A stretch of DNA of 64,000 bases from positions 134,292,001 to 134,356,000 of the forward strand of contig OZ024741.1 in the NCBI GenBank assembly GCA_964016885.1, written 5' to 3'. This DNA comes from Eledone cirrhosa. Taxonomy: Eukaryota. The position numbers and the translations under genes are program-made. This document shows positions 23,701-35,570 of this stretch, one piece after another (positions within the stretch are counted from its first letter, which is position 1; each line of letters begins with the position of its first letter). Under the pieces are notes generated by a model. It searched no databases. It was not told the DNA's origin and saw only the letters and a list, made by a program, of their open reading frames with translations.

Positions 23701-26700
23701 GATCTGGCATGGGTTGGACAGGTTGTCATAGTCCAAAGCTAGACAGTTCAGAGAGACCTGATCTGGCATGGGTTGGACAGGTTGTCATAGTCCAAAGCTA
23801 GACAGTTCAGAGAGACCTGAGCTGGCATGGGTTGGACAGGTTGTCATAGTCCAAAGCTAGACAGTTCAGAGAGACCTGATCTGGCATGGGTTGGACAGGT
23901 TGTCATAGTCCAAAGCTAGACAGTTCAGAGAGACCTGAGCTGGCATGGGTTGGACAGGTTGTCATAGTCCAAAGCTAGACAGTTCAGAGAGACCTGATCT
24001 GGCATGGGTTGGACAGGTTGTCATAGTCCAAAGCTAGACAGTTCAGAGAGACCTGATCTGGCATGGGTTGGACAGGTTGTCATAGTCCAAAGCTAGACAG
24101 TTCAGAGAGACCTGATCTGGCATGGGTTGGACAGGTTGTCATAGTCCAAAGCTAGACAGTTCAGAGAGACCTGATCTGGCATGGGTTGGACAGGTTGTCA
24201 TAGTCCAAAGCTAGACAGTTCAGAGAGACCTGATCTGGCATGGGTTGGACAGGTTGTCATAGTCCAAAGCTAGACAGTTCAAAGAGACCTGAGCTGGCAT
24301 GGGTTGGACAGGTTGTCATAGTCCAAAGCTAGACAGTTCAGAGAGACCTGATCTGGCATGGGTTGGACAGGTTGTCATAGTCCAAAGCTAGACAGTTCAG
24401 AGAGACCTGATCTGGCATGGGTTGGACAGGTTGTCATAGTCCAAAGCTAGACAGTTCAGAGAGACCTGAGCTGGCATGGGTTGGACAGGTTGTCATAGTC
24501 CAAAGCTAGACAGTTCAGAGAGACCTGATCTGGCATGGGTTGGACAGGTTGTCATAGTCCAAAGCTAGACAGTTCAGAGAGACCTGATCTGGCATGGGTT
24601 GGACAGGTTATCATAGTCTAAAGCTAGACAGTTCAGAGAGACCTGATCTGGCATGGGTTGGACAGGTTGTCATAGTCCAAAGCTAGACAGTTCAGAGAGA
24701 CCTGAGCTGGCATGGGTTGGACAGGTTGTCATAGTCCAAAGCTAGACAGTTCAGAGAGACCTGATCTGGCATGGGTTGGACAGGTTGTCATAGTCCAAAG
24801 CTAGACAGTTCAGAGAGACCTGATCTGGCATGGGTTGGACAGGTTGTCATAGTCTAAAGCTAGACAGTTCAAAGAGACCTGATCTGGCATGGGTTGGACA
24901 GGCTGTCATAGTCCAAAGCTAGACAGTTCAGAGAGACCTGATCTGGCATGGGTTGGACAGGTTGTCATAGTCCAAAGCTAGACAAGCCAGAGAGACCTGA
25001 TCTGGCATGGGTTGGACAGGTTGTCATAGTCCAAAGATAGACAGTTCAGAGAGACCTGATCTGGCATGGGTTGGACAGGTTGTCATAGTCCAAAGCTAGA
25101 CAGTTCAGAGAGACCTGAGCTGGCATGGGTTGGACAGGTTGTCATAGTCCAAAGCTAGACAAGCCAGAGAGACCTGATCTGGCATGGGTTGGACAGGTTG
25201 TCATAGTCCAAAGATAGACAGTTCAGAGAGACCTGATCTGGCATGGGTTGGACAGGTTGTCATAGTCCAAAGCTAGACAGTTCAGAGAGACCTGATCTGG
25301 CATGGGTTGGACAGGTTGTCATAGTCCAAAGCTAGACAGTTCAGAGAGACCTGATCTGGCATGGGTTGGACAGGTTGTCATAGTCCAAAGCTAGACAGTT
25401 CAGAGAGACCTGATCTGGCATGGGTTGGACAGGTTGTCATAGTCCAAAGCTAGACAGTTCAGAGAGACCTGAGCTGGCATGGGTTGGACAGGTTGTCATA
25501 GTCCAAAGCTAGACAGTTCAGAGAGACCTGATCTGGCATGGGTTGGACAGGTTGTCATAGTCCAAAGCTAGACAGTTCAGAGAGACCTGATCTGGCATGG
25601 ATTGGACAGGTTGTCATAGTCCAAAGCTAGACAGTTCAGAGAGACCTGATCTGGCATGGGTTGGACAGGTTGTCATAGTCCAAAGCTAGACAGTTCAGAG
25701 AGACCTGATCTGGCATGGGTTGGACAGGTTGTTATAGTCCAAAGCTAGACAGTTCAGAGAGACCTGAGCTGGCATGGGTTGGACAGGTTGTCATAGTCCA
25801 AAGCTAGACAGTTCAGAGAGACCTGAGCTGGCATGGGTTGGACAGGTTGTCATAGTCCAAAGCTAGACAGTTCAGAGAGACCTGATCTGGCATGGGTTGG
25901 ACAGGTTGTCATAGTCCAAAGCTAGACAGTTCAGAGAGACCTGATCTGGCATGGGTTGGACAGGTTGTCATAGTCCAAAGCTAGACAGTTCAGAGAGACC
26001 TGATCTGGCATGGGTTGGACAGGTTGTCATAGTCCAAAGCTAGACAGTTCAGAGAGACCTGAGCTGGCATGGGTTGGACAGGTTGTCATAGTCCAAAGCT
26101 AGACAGTTCAGAGAGACCTGATCTGGCATGGGTTGGACAGGTTGTCATAGTCCAAAGCTAGACAGTTCAGAGAGACCTGATCTGGCATGGGTTGGACAGG
26201 TTGTCATAGTCCAAAGCTAGACAGTTCAGAGAGACCTGATCTGGCATGGGTTGGACAGGCTGTCATAGTCCAAAGCTAGACAAGCCAGAGAGACCTGATC
26301 TGGCATGGGTTGGACAGGTTGTCATAGTCCAAAGCTAGACAGTTCAGAGAGACCTGATCTGGCATGGGTTGGACAGGTTGTCATAGTCCAAAGCTAGACA
26401 GTTCAGAGAGACCTGATCTGGCATGGGTTGGACAGGTTGTCATAGTCCAAAGCTAGACAGTTCAGAGAGACCTGATCTGGCATGGGTTGGACAGGTTGTC
26501 ATAGTCCAAAGCTAGACAGTTCAGAGAGACCTGATCTGGCATGGGTTGGACAGGTTGTCATAGTCCAAAGCTAGACAGTTCAGAGAGACCTGATCTGGCA
26601 TGGGTTGGACAGGTTGTCATAGTCCAAAGCTAGACAGTTCAGAGAGACCTGATCTGGCATGGGTTGGACAGGTTGTCATAGTCCAAAGCTAGACAGTTCA

Positions 26701-29700
26701 GAGACGACCTGAGCTGGCATGGGTTGGACAGGTTGTCATAGTCCAAAGCTAGACAGTTCAGAGAGACCTGATCTGGCATGGGTTGGACAGGTTGTCATAG
26801 TCCAAAGCTAGACAGTTCAGAGAGACCTGATCTGGCATGGGTTGGACAGGTTGTCATAGCCCAAAGCTAGACAGTTCAGAGAGACCTGATCTGGCATGGG
26901 TTGGACAGGTTGTCATAGTCCAAAGCTAGACAGTTCAGAGAGACCTGAGCTGGCATGGGTTGGACAGGTTGTCATAGTCCAAAGCTAGACAGTTCAGAGA
27001 GACCTGATCTGGCATGGGTTGGACAGGTTGTCATAGTCCAAAGCTAGACAGTTCAGAGAGACCTGATCTGGCATGGGTTGGACAGGTTGTCATAGTCCAA
27101 AGCTAGACAGTTCAGAGAGACCTGAGCTGGCATGGGTTGGACAGGTTGTCATAGTCCAAAGCTAGACAGTTCAGAGAGACCTGATCTGGCATGGGTTGGA
27201 CAGGTTGTCATAGTCCAAAGCTAGACAGTTCAGAGAGACCTGATCTGGCATGGGTTGGACAGGTTGTCATAGTCCAAAGCTAGACAGTTCAGAGAGACCT
27301 GATCTGGCATGGGTTGGACAGGTTGTCATAGTCCAAAGCTAGACAGTTCAGAGAGACCTGATCTGGCATGGGTTGGACAGGTTGTCATAGTCCAAAGCTA
27401 GACAGTTCAGAGAGACCTGATCTGGCATGGGTTGGACAGGTTGTCAGTTTCCAAAGCTAGACAGTTCAGAGAGACCTGATCTGGCATGGGTTGGACAGGT
27501 TGTCATAGTCCAAAGCTAGACAGTTCAGAGAGACCTGATCTGGCATGGGTTGGACAGGTTGTCATAGTCCAAAGCTAGACAGTTCAGAGAGACCTGATCT
27601 GGCATGGGTTGGACAGGTTGTCATAGTCCAAAGCTAGACAGTTCAGAGAGACCTGATCTGGCATGGGTTGGACAGGTTGTCATAGTCCAAAGCTAGACAG
27701 TTCAGAGAGACCTGATCTGGCATGGGTTGGACAGGTTGTCATAGTCCAAAGCTAGACAGTTCAGAGAGACCTGATCTGGCATGGGTTGGACAGGTTGTCA
27801 TAGTCCAAAGCTAGACAGTTCAGAGAGACCTGATCTGGCATGGGTTGGACAGGTAGTCATAGTCCAAAGCTAGACAGTTCAGAGAGACCTGATCTGGAAT
27901 GGGTTGGACAGGTTGTCATAGTCCAAAGCTAGACAGTTCAGAGAGACCTGATCTGGCATGGGTTGGACAGGTTGTCATAGTCCAAAGCTAGACAGTTCAG
28001 AGAGACCTGATCTGGCATGGGTTGGACAGGTTGTCATAGTCCAAAGCTAGACAGTTCAGAGAGACCTGAGCTGGCATGGGTTGGACAGGTTGTCATAGTC
28101 CAAAGCTAGACAGTTCAGAGAGACCTGATCTGGCATGGGTTGGACAGGTTGTCATAGTCCAAAGCTAGACAGTTCAGAGAGACCTGATCTGGCATGGGTT
28201 GGACAGGTTGTCATAGTCCAAAGCTAGACAGTTCAGAGAGACCTGATCTGGCATGGGTTGGACAGGTTGTCATAGTCCAAAGCTAGACAGTTCAGAGAGA
28301 CCTGATCTGGCATGGGTTGGACAGGTTGTCATAGTCCAAAGCTAGACAGTTCAGAGAGACCTGATCTGGCATGGGTTGGACAGGTTGTCATAGTCCAAAG
28401 CTAGACAGTTCAGAGAGACCTGATCTGGCATGGATTGGACAGGTTGTCATAGTCCAAAGCTAGACAGTTCAGAGAGACCTGATCTGGCATGGGTTGGACA
28501 GGTTGTCATAGTCCAAAGCTAGACAGTTCAGAGAGACCTGATCTGGCATGGGTTGGACAGGTTGTCATAGTCCAAAGCTAGACAGTTCAGAGAGACCTGA
28601 GCTGGCATGGGTTGGACAGGTTGTCATAGTCCAAAGCTAGACAGTTCAGAGAGACCTGATCTGGCATGGGTTGGACAGGTTGTCATAGTCCAAAGCTAGA
28701 CAGTTCAGAGAGACCTGATCTGGCATGGGTTGGACAGGTTGTCATAGTCCAAAGCTAGACAGTTCAGAGAGACCTGAGCTGGCATGGGTTGGACAGGTTG
28801 TCATAGTCCAAAGCTAGACAGTTCAGAGAGACCTGATCTGGCATGGGTTGGACAGGTTGTCATAGTCCAAAGCTAGACAGTTCAGAGAGACCTGATCTGG
28901 CATGGGTTGGACAGGTTGTCATAGTCCAAAGCTAGACAGTTCAGAGAGACCTGATCTGGCATGGGTTGGACAGGTTGTCATAGTCCAACGCTAGACAGTT
29001 CAGAGAGACCTGATCTGGCATGGGTTGGACAGGCTGTCATAGTCCAAAGCTAGACAAGCCAGAGAGACCTGATCTGGCATGGGTTGGACAGGTTGTCATA
29101 GTCCAAAGCTAGACAGTTCAGAGAGACCTGATCTGGCATGGGTTGGACAGGCTGTCATAGACCAAAGCTAGACAGTTCAGAGAGAACTGATCTGGCATGG
29201 GTTGGACAGGTTGTCATAGTCCAAAGCTAGACAGTTCAGAGAGAACTGATCTGGCATGGGTTGGACAGGTTGTCATAGTCCAAAGCTAGACAAGCCAGAG
29301 AGACCTGATCTGGCATGGGTTGGACAGGTTGTCATAGTCCAAAGCTAGACAGTTCAGAGAGACCTGATCTGGCATGGGTTGGACAGGCTGTCATAGTCCA
29401 AAGCTAGACAGTTCAGAGAGACCTGATCTGGCATGGGTTGGACAGGTTGTCATAGTCCCAAAGTTAGACAAGCCAGAGAGACCTGATCTGGCATGGGTTG
29501 GACAGGTTATCATAGTCCAAAGCTAGACAGTTCAGAGAGACCTGATCTGGCATGGGTTGGACAGGTTATCATAGTCCAAAGCTAGACAGTTCAGAGAGAC
29601 CTGATCTGGCATGGGTTGGACAGGTTGTCATAGTCCAAAGCTAGACAGTTCAGAGAGACCTGAGCTGGCATGGGTTGGACAGGTTGTCATAGTCCAAAGC

Positions 29701-32380
29701 TAGACAAGCCAGAGAGACCTGATCTGGCATGGGTTGGAGAGGTTGTCATAGTCCAAAGCTAGACAGTTCAGAGAGACCTGATCTGGCATGGGTTGGACAG
29801 GTTGTCATAGTCCAAAGCTAGACAGTTCAGAGAGACCTGAGCTGGCATGGGTTGGACAGGTTGTCATAGTCCAAAGCTAGACAGTTCAGAGAGACCTGAT
29901 CTGGCATGGGTTGGACAGGTTGTCATAGTCCAAAGCTAGACAGTTCAGAGAGACCTGAGCTGGCATGGGTTGGACAGGTTGTCATAGTCCAAAGCTAGAC
30001 AGTTCGGAGAGACCTGAGCTGGCATGGGTTGGACAGGTTGTCATAGTCCGAAGCTAGACAGTTCAGAGAGACCTGATCTGGCATGGGTTGGACAGGTTGT
30101 CATAGTCCAAAGCTAGACAGTTCAGAGAGAACTGATCTGGCATGGGTTGGACAGGTTGTCATAGTCCAAAGCTAGACAGTTCAGAGAGACCTGATCTGGC
30201 ATGGGTTGGACAGGCTGTCATAGTCCAAAGCTAGACAGTTCAGAGAGAACTGATCTGGCATGGGTTGGACAGGTTGTCATAGTCCAAAGCTAGACAGTTC
30301 AGAGAGACCTGATCTGGCATGGGTTGGACAGGCTGTCATAGTCCAAAGCTAGACAGTTCAGAGAGAACTGATCTGGCATGGGTTGGACAGGTTGTCATAG
30401 TCCAAAGCTAGACAAGCCAGAGAGACCTGATCTGGCAAGGGTTGGACAGGTTGTCATAGTCCAAAGCTAGACAGTTCAGAGAGACCTGATCTGGCATGGG
30501 TTGGACAGGCTGTCATAGTCCAAAGCTAGACAGTTCAGAGAGACCTGATCTGGCATGGGTTGGACAGGCTGTCATAGTCCAAAGCTAGACAAGCCAGAGA
30601 GACCTGATCTGGCATGGGTTGGACAGGTTGTCATAGTCCAAAGCTAGACAGTTCAGAGAGAACTGATCTGGCATGGGTTGGACAGGTTGTCATAGTCCAA
30701 AGCTAGACAAGCCAGAGAGACCTGATCTGGCATGGGTTGGACAGGTTGTCATAGTCCAAAGCTAGACAGTTCAGAGAGACCTGATCTGGCATGGGTTGGA
30801 CAGGCTGTCATAGTCCAAAGCTAGACAGTTCAGAGAGAACTGATCTGGCATGGGTTGGACAGGTTGTCATAGTCCAAAGCTAGACAAGCCAGAGAGACCT
30901 GATCTGGCATGGGTTGGACAGGTTGTCATAGTCCAAAGCTAGACAGTTCAGAGAGACCTGATCTGGCATGGGTTGGACAGGCTGTCATAGTCCAAAGCTA
31001 GACAGTTCAGAGAGAACTGATCTGGCATGGGTTGGACAGGTTGTCATAGTCCAAAGCTAGACAAGCCAGAGAGACCTGATCTGGCATGGGTTGGACAGGT
31101 TGTCATAGTCCAAAGCTAGACAGTTCAGAGAGACCTGATCTGGCATGGGTTGGACAGGCTGTCATAGTCCAAAGCTAGACAGTTCAGAGAGACCTGATCT
31201 GGCATGGGTTGGACAGGTTGTCATAGTCCAAAGCTAGACAGTTCAGAGAGACCTGAGCTGGCATGGGTTGGACAGGTTGTCATAGTCCAAAGCTAGACAG
31301 TTCAGAGAGACCTGATCTGGCATGGGTTGGACAGGCTGTCATAGTCCAAAGCTAGACAGTTCAGAGAGAACTGATCTGGCATGGGTTGGACAGGTTGTCA
31401 TAGTCCAAAGCTAGACAAGCCAGAGAGACCTGATCTGGCATGGGTTGGACAGGTTGTCATAGTCCAAAGCTAGACAGTTCAGAGAGACCTGATCTGGCAT
31501 GGGTTGGACAGGCTGTCATAGTCCAAAGCTAGACAGTTCAGAGAGACCTGATCTGGCATGGGTTGGACAGGTTGTCATAGTCCAAAGCTAGACAGTTCAG
31601 AGAGACCTGATCTGGCATGGGTTGGACAGGCTGTCATAGTCCAAAGCTAGACAGTTCAGAGAGAACTGATCTGGCATGGGTTGGACAGGTTGTCATAGTC
31701 CAAAGCTAGACAAGCCAGAGAGACCTGATCTGGCATGGGTTGGACAGGTTGTCATAGTCCAAAGCTAGACAGTTCAGAGAGACCTGATCTGGCATGGGTT
31801 GGACAGGTTGTCATAGTCCAAAGCTAGACAGTTCAGAGAGAACTGATCTGGCATGGGTTGGACAGGTTGTCATAGTCCAAAGCTAGACAGTTCAGAGAGA
31901 CCTGATCTGGCATGGGTTGGACAGGTTGTCATAGTCCAAAGCTAGACAGTTCAGAGAGACCTGATCTGGCATGGGTTGGACAGGTTGTCATAGTCCAAAG
32001 CTAGACAGTTCAGAGAGACCTGATCTGGCATGGGTTGGACAGGTTGTCATAGTCCAAAGCTAGACAGTTCAGAGAGACCTGATCTGGCATGGGTTGGACA
32101 GGTTGTCATAGTCCAAAGCTAGACAGTTCAGAGAGAACTGATCTGGCATGGGTTGGACAGGTTGTCATAGTCCAAAGCTAGACAAGCCAGAGAGAACTGA
32201 TCTGGCATGGGTTGGACAGGTTGTCATAGTCCAAAGCTAGACAAGCCAGAGAGACCTGATCTGGCATGGGTTGGACAGGTTGTCATAGTCCAAAGCTAGA
32301 CAGTTCAGAGAGACCTGATCTGGCATGGGTTGGACAGGTTGTCATAGTCCGAAGTTAAACAGGTCAGAAAGACATGGTCT
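14799..32380. repeat. Satellite array, 298 x 59-bp monomer GGCATGGGTTGGACAGGTTGTCATAGTCCAAAGCTAGACAGTTCAGAGAGACCTGATCT
   Basis: First monomer starts at 14799 and last at 32322; the difference is 17523 = 297 x 59. Two 58-bp and two 60-bp units cancel out. No spacers and no ORFs. Confidence 0.98.
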
Positions 32381-32570
32381 AGCTCATACATTCCATATTT
32401 GGCATAGTTTCTACTAAAACATAAATGTAATACAGTTAAACATGTACCTAATTTTTGTTTATATGCTCTTATATATGTAGTTTGTGGGGATATATATATG
32501 CTGCTATGTAACATCTCATATATATATATATATATATACAAACTACACACATAGCAGCATATATATATAT

Positions 32571-35537
32571 TTGTCATATTGAACAGAACAAATCTTGTAT
32601 TTTTGTTTTTTGGTTAATCGCTTGTTAACACGAGGATCTCATACAATCCTAACCTTCTAACCAACCTTAATTCCTTTAATTCCTCAACTCTATCGTATTC
32701 TCAAAACAAAACAAAATCCTTCCCTTCTTCTGCTTCTTATAAATTCCTTTAAATACATTATGCTACTTCGAAAACTCTAAAATCCCGCTTCTATCCCCTC
32801 GACCCCCTCCCTCTACTTCACGAGGGCCTGCGGTCAGCCACCCCAATACCTACATCCATTTCTCTCTCTCTCTCTTAGCTATATATATATATATAAGATA
32901 AAAACTCCCTTCAAGTAAATCACTTTCGCCAATTCATCGCTGTTTCCTTCCACGGTACATCATGTAATCGTAATGTACACATTTTTCTATCATCTCCAAC
33001 ACTCCCATTTCGTATTCTAGTCCAAACATCCAATCTTGCAAAATCCTAAATGTAGCGAACGTTTTCCTAAAACAAATCTGTATTTTTTGTTATTTATGTT
33101 AAATACGGGAGTTTTTGTCGTATTGAACAGAACAAATCTTGTATTTTTGTTTTTTGGTTAATCGCTTGTTAACACGAGGATCTCATACAATCCTAACCTT
33201 CTAACCAACCTTCCCAACACCCCTATTGTTATTACGTGGACCAATCATAAGCCAGAGTGCCCACGCATCACCATTATTATTACGCGGTCCAATCATAAGC
33301 CAGAGGCCTATACTATCGCTTGCCCGGTTGCCTTTCGATATATGATGGATGGATGGACTACGGAATCCTGGAGAGTGGAAGAGAGAGAAAAATCTGGACG
33401 CTCAGCGACAATGCCAAAGATAAAGACAAATTCACCTCGTGGACGAGAATGCGAGCACTCCTCTTTGTTTCGACCGCGGACAGCTAACATAACCCCATCT
33501 CCCCCCCGCCCCCACCCTCCAAACGCAATCCCAAACTTCAGAGTTGGTACCATAAATGTAGGCACCCTAAAGGGTCGCGCTAACGAGGTTGTAGAAATGC
33601 TTGAACATAAGGAGGTCGATGTTTGTTGTATTCAAGAGACCAGGTGGAGGGGTGGGTCTGCTAGATTCATTGAGGGTAAAAAACGTTGTTATAAGCTTTT
33701 CTGGGTGGGAAACGACGATGGGCTGGGTGGAGTAGGAATCATGGTAGCAGAAAAGTGGGCAGATAAGATAATAGACGTAAATAGAGTGAACGACAGAATA
33801 ATTAAAATACGACTTGTCCTCAATAGAACTACGGTGACAGTAATATCTGCGTACGCACCCCAATCCGGACTGGCCGGCATTATAAAAGACAGATTCTATG
33901 AGACACTGATGCTCACTACCTCCCAAATAACCGACAGTGACTATATAATTATTGCAGGCAACCTAAATGGTCACGTTGGACAACATTGTGACGGCTACGA
34001 CGAAATCCATGGAGGCTATGGGTTTGGTACTAGAAATGAGGAAGGCTCCAGAATCCTGGAATTCTGTGACGCAAATAACCTAACTATCTGTAACACTAAC
34101 TTTAAAAAACGTGACAATCACCTGATCACCTATAGATCCGGGGAACACACAAGCCAGGTAGATTATATCCTTACCAGAAGACGTGACAGAGTGTCTGTTG
34201 TAAACACTAAATCCCTCCCCCATGAAGAATGCACCTCCCAACATAGACTGATAATTAGCGACCTCATAGTCAGGACGAGACGTACTCGACAGCAGAAGAG
34301 GACTATCCTCAGGAGAAAAATATGGAAGCTAAAGGACCCCACAGCCAAAAATAAATTTCAAAGCATATTACTTGATGCTTTCGACAGTAAGGAAGAGCAT
34401 TTAAAGTTGGACAATATAGAGGGACAGTGGGAATTTCTGAAAGCAAACCTGCTGATGGCGACAGACGAAGTCTGTGGCTGGAGCAGGCCAGTAGGCAGGA
34501 GGAGAGTAACATGGTGGTGGAACAGTAAGGTGGAGGGGTCAATTAAGGCCAAAAAGCAGGCTTGGAAAGTATGGCGGGATGGGGGAAGTAGAGAAGACTA
34601 TCAAGTGGCCAGGAGGGAAGCTAGGAGACAAGTGTACTTCGCAAGAAGGGAAGCAGAGGAAAGAAAGTTCAAGCATGTTCTACAACGCGAGGACCAAAAA
34701 CGTGAGGTGTTCAGGATTGCTAGGCAATGTGTCAAGGAAAACCGTGATATTGTCGGGGAGAAGTGTGTACTTGATGATGACGGCGTACTTGCCATCACCG
34801 ACGCTGATAAGAAGGTAGCTTGGAAGTGTCACTATGAAAGGCTACTAAATGAGGAGAATAAATGGGAGAAAGACAGTCTCCCCCACATCGACCCAATAGA
34901 GGGACCAGCAGTGTTAGTCGAGGGGAGTATAATAAGTAAGGCAATCAAGGATATGAAGACGGGTAAGGCGGCTGGGCCTTCGGAAATAGTCGCTGAGATG
35001 CTGAAGGCATCTGGCACGGTGGGACACACCATGGTCACCCGCATAGTTAACCAAGTCGTACAGAATGGGGTTGTTCCGAAGGACTGGCATAGCAGCATCA
35101 TCATTAACTGTTATAAGGGTAAAGGAGATGCCCTAGATAGGAATAACTATAGAGGCATTAAATTAATCGACCAGGTCATGAAGGTCACGGAAAAAGTAAT
35201 AGCGCAACTAATCAGAGAGAGAATTGACCTAGATGAAATGCAGTTCGGGTTTGTGTCAGGCAAAAGTACCACAGACGCTCTTTTCATTGTACGACAACTA
35301 CAGGAGAAGTACCTAGCTAAAGGTAAACCCCTCTACTTAGCTTTTGTCGACTTGGAGAAAGCCTTCGACAGAGTCCCCCGTTCCATTATCTGGTGGGCTC
35401 TTAGAAAACTAGGGGTTGACGAATGGCTTGTGAGAGCTATACAAGCCATGTATAAAGAAACAGTCAGCAAGGTTAGAATTAACAACGAATATAGTGAAGA
35501 GTTTAGCGTAAAAGTTGGCGTCCATCAGGGCTCTGTT
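32571..35537 (+). mobile_element. RTE-clade LINE, 5' part with 5' UTR, truncated at its 3' end
   Basis: Pyrimidine-rich leader with internal direct repeats, followed by an APE-endonuclease/RT ORF. Homology stops abruptly after GVHQGSV at 35537. The 5' boundary is approximate. Confidence 0.85.
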
Positions 35538-35570
35538 AACTTTATTTTATATATACAATTTATTTCCTAA
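33342..35570 (+). pseudogene. RTE LINE ORF: APE endonuclease plus N-terminal half of reverse transcriptase (742 aa, lacks YADD)
   Basis: EN motifs GTINVGTL, CIQETRW, ISAYAPQ, GNLNGHVG, QVDYIL, SQHRL. RT motifs YRGIKLI, QFGF..GKST, AFVDLEKAFDRV, GVHQGS. The last about 10 codons are flanking DNA. Confidence 0.9.

Noticed and set aside
14799-32380. CRISPR array
   Set aside because: Monomers are contiguous with no unique spacers, there are no cas genes, and the context is eukaryotic (spliceosomal introns, SINEs, LINEs).
14799-32380. Satellite monomer as a hammerhead ribozyme or a coding repeat
   Set aside because: No CTGANGA plus GAAA pair on either strand (only CTGATCT, CTGAGCT, CTGAACT). The 59-bp unit yields no long ORF in the six-frame track.
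11774-35537. The RTE 3' half (11774-13098, minus) and 5' half (32571-35537, plus) as one element split by a 22-kb inversion; their ends are only about 12 codons apart in the RT
   Set aside because: The 3' half is bounded by its own 13-bp TSD (CACTACCACCATT), so it is an independent 5'-truncated insertion. It is also more decayed than the 5' half.
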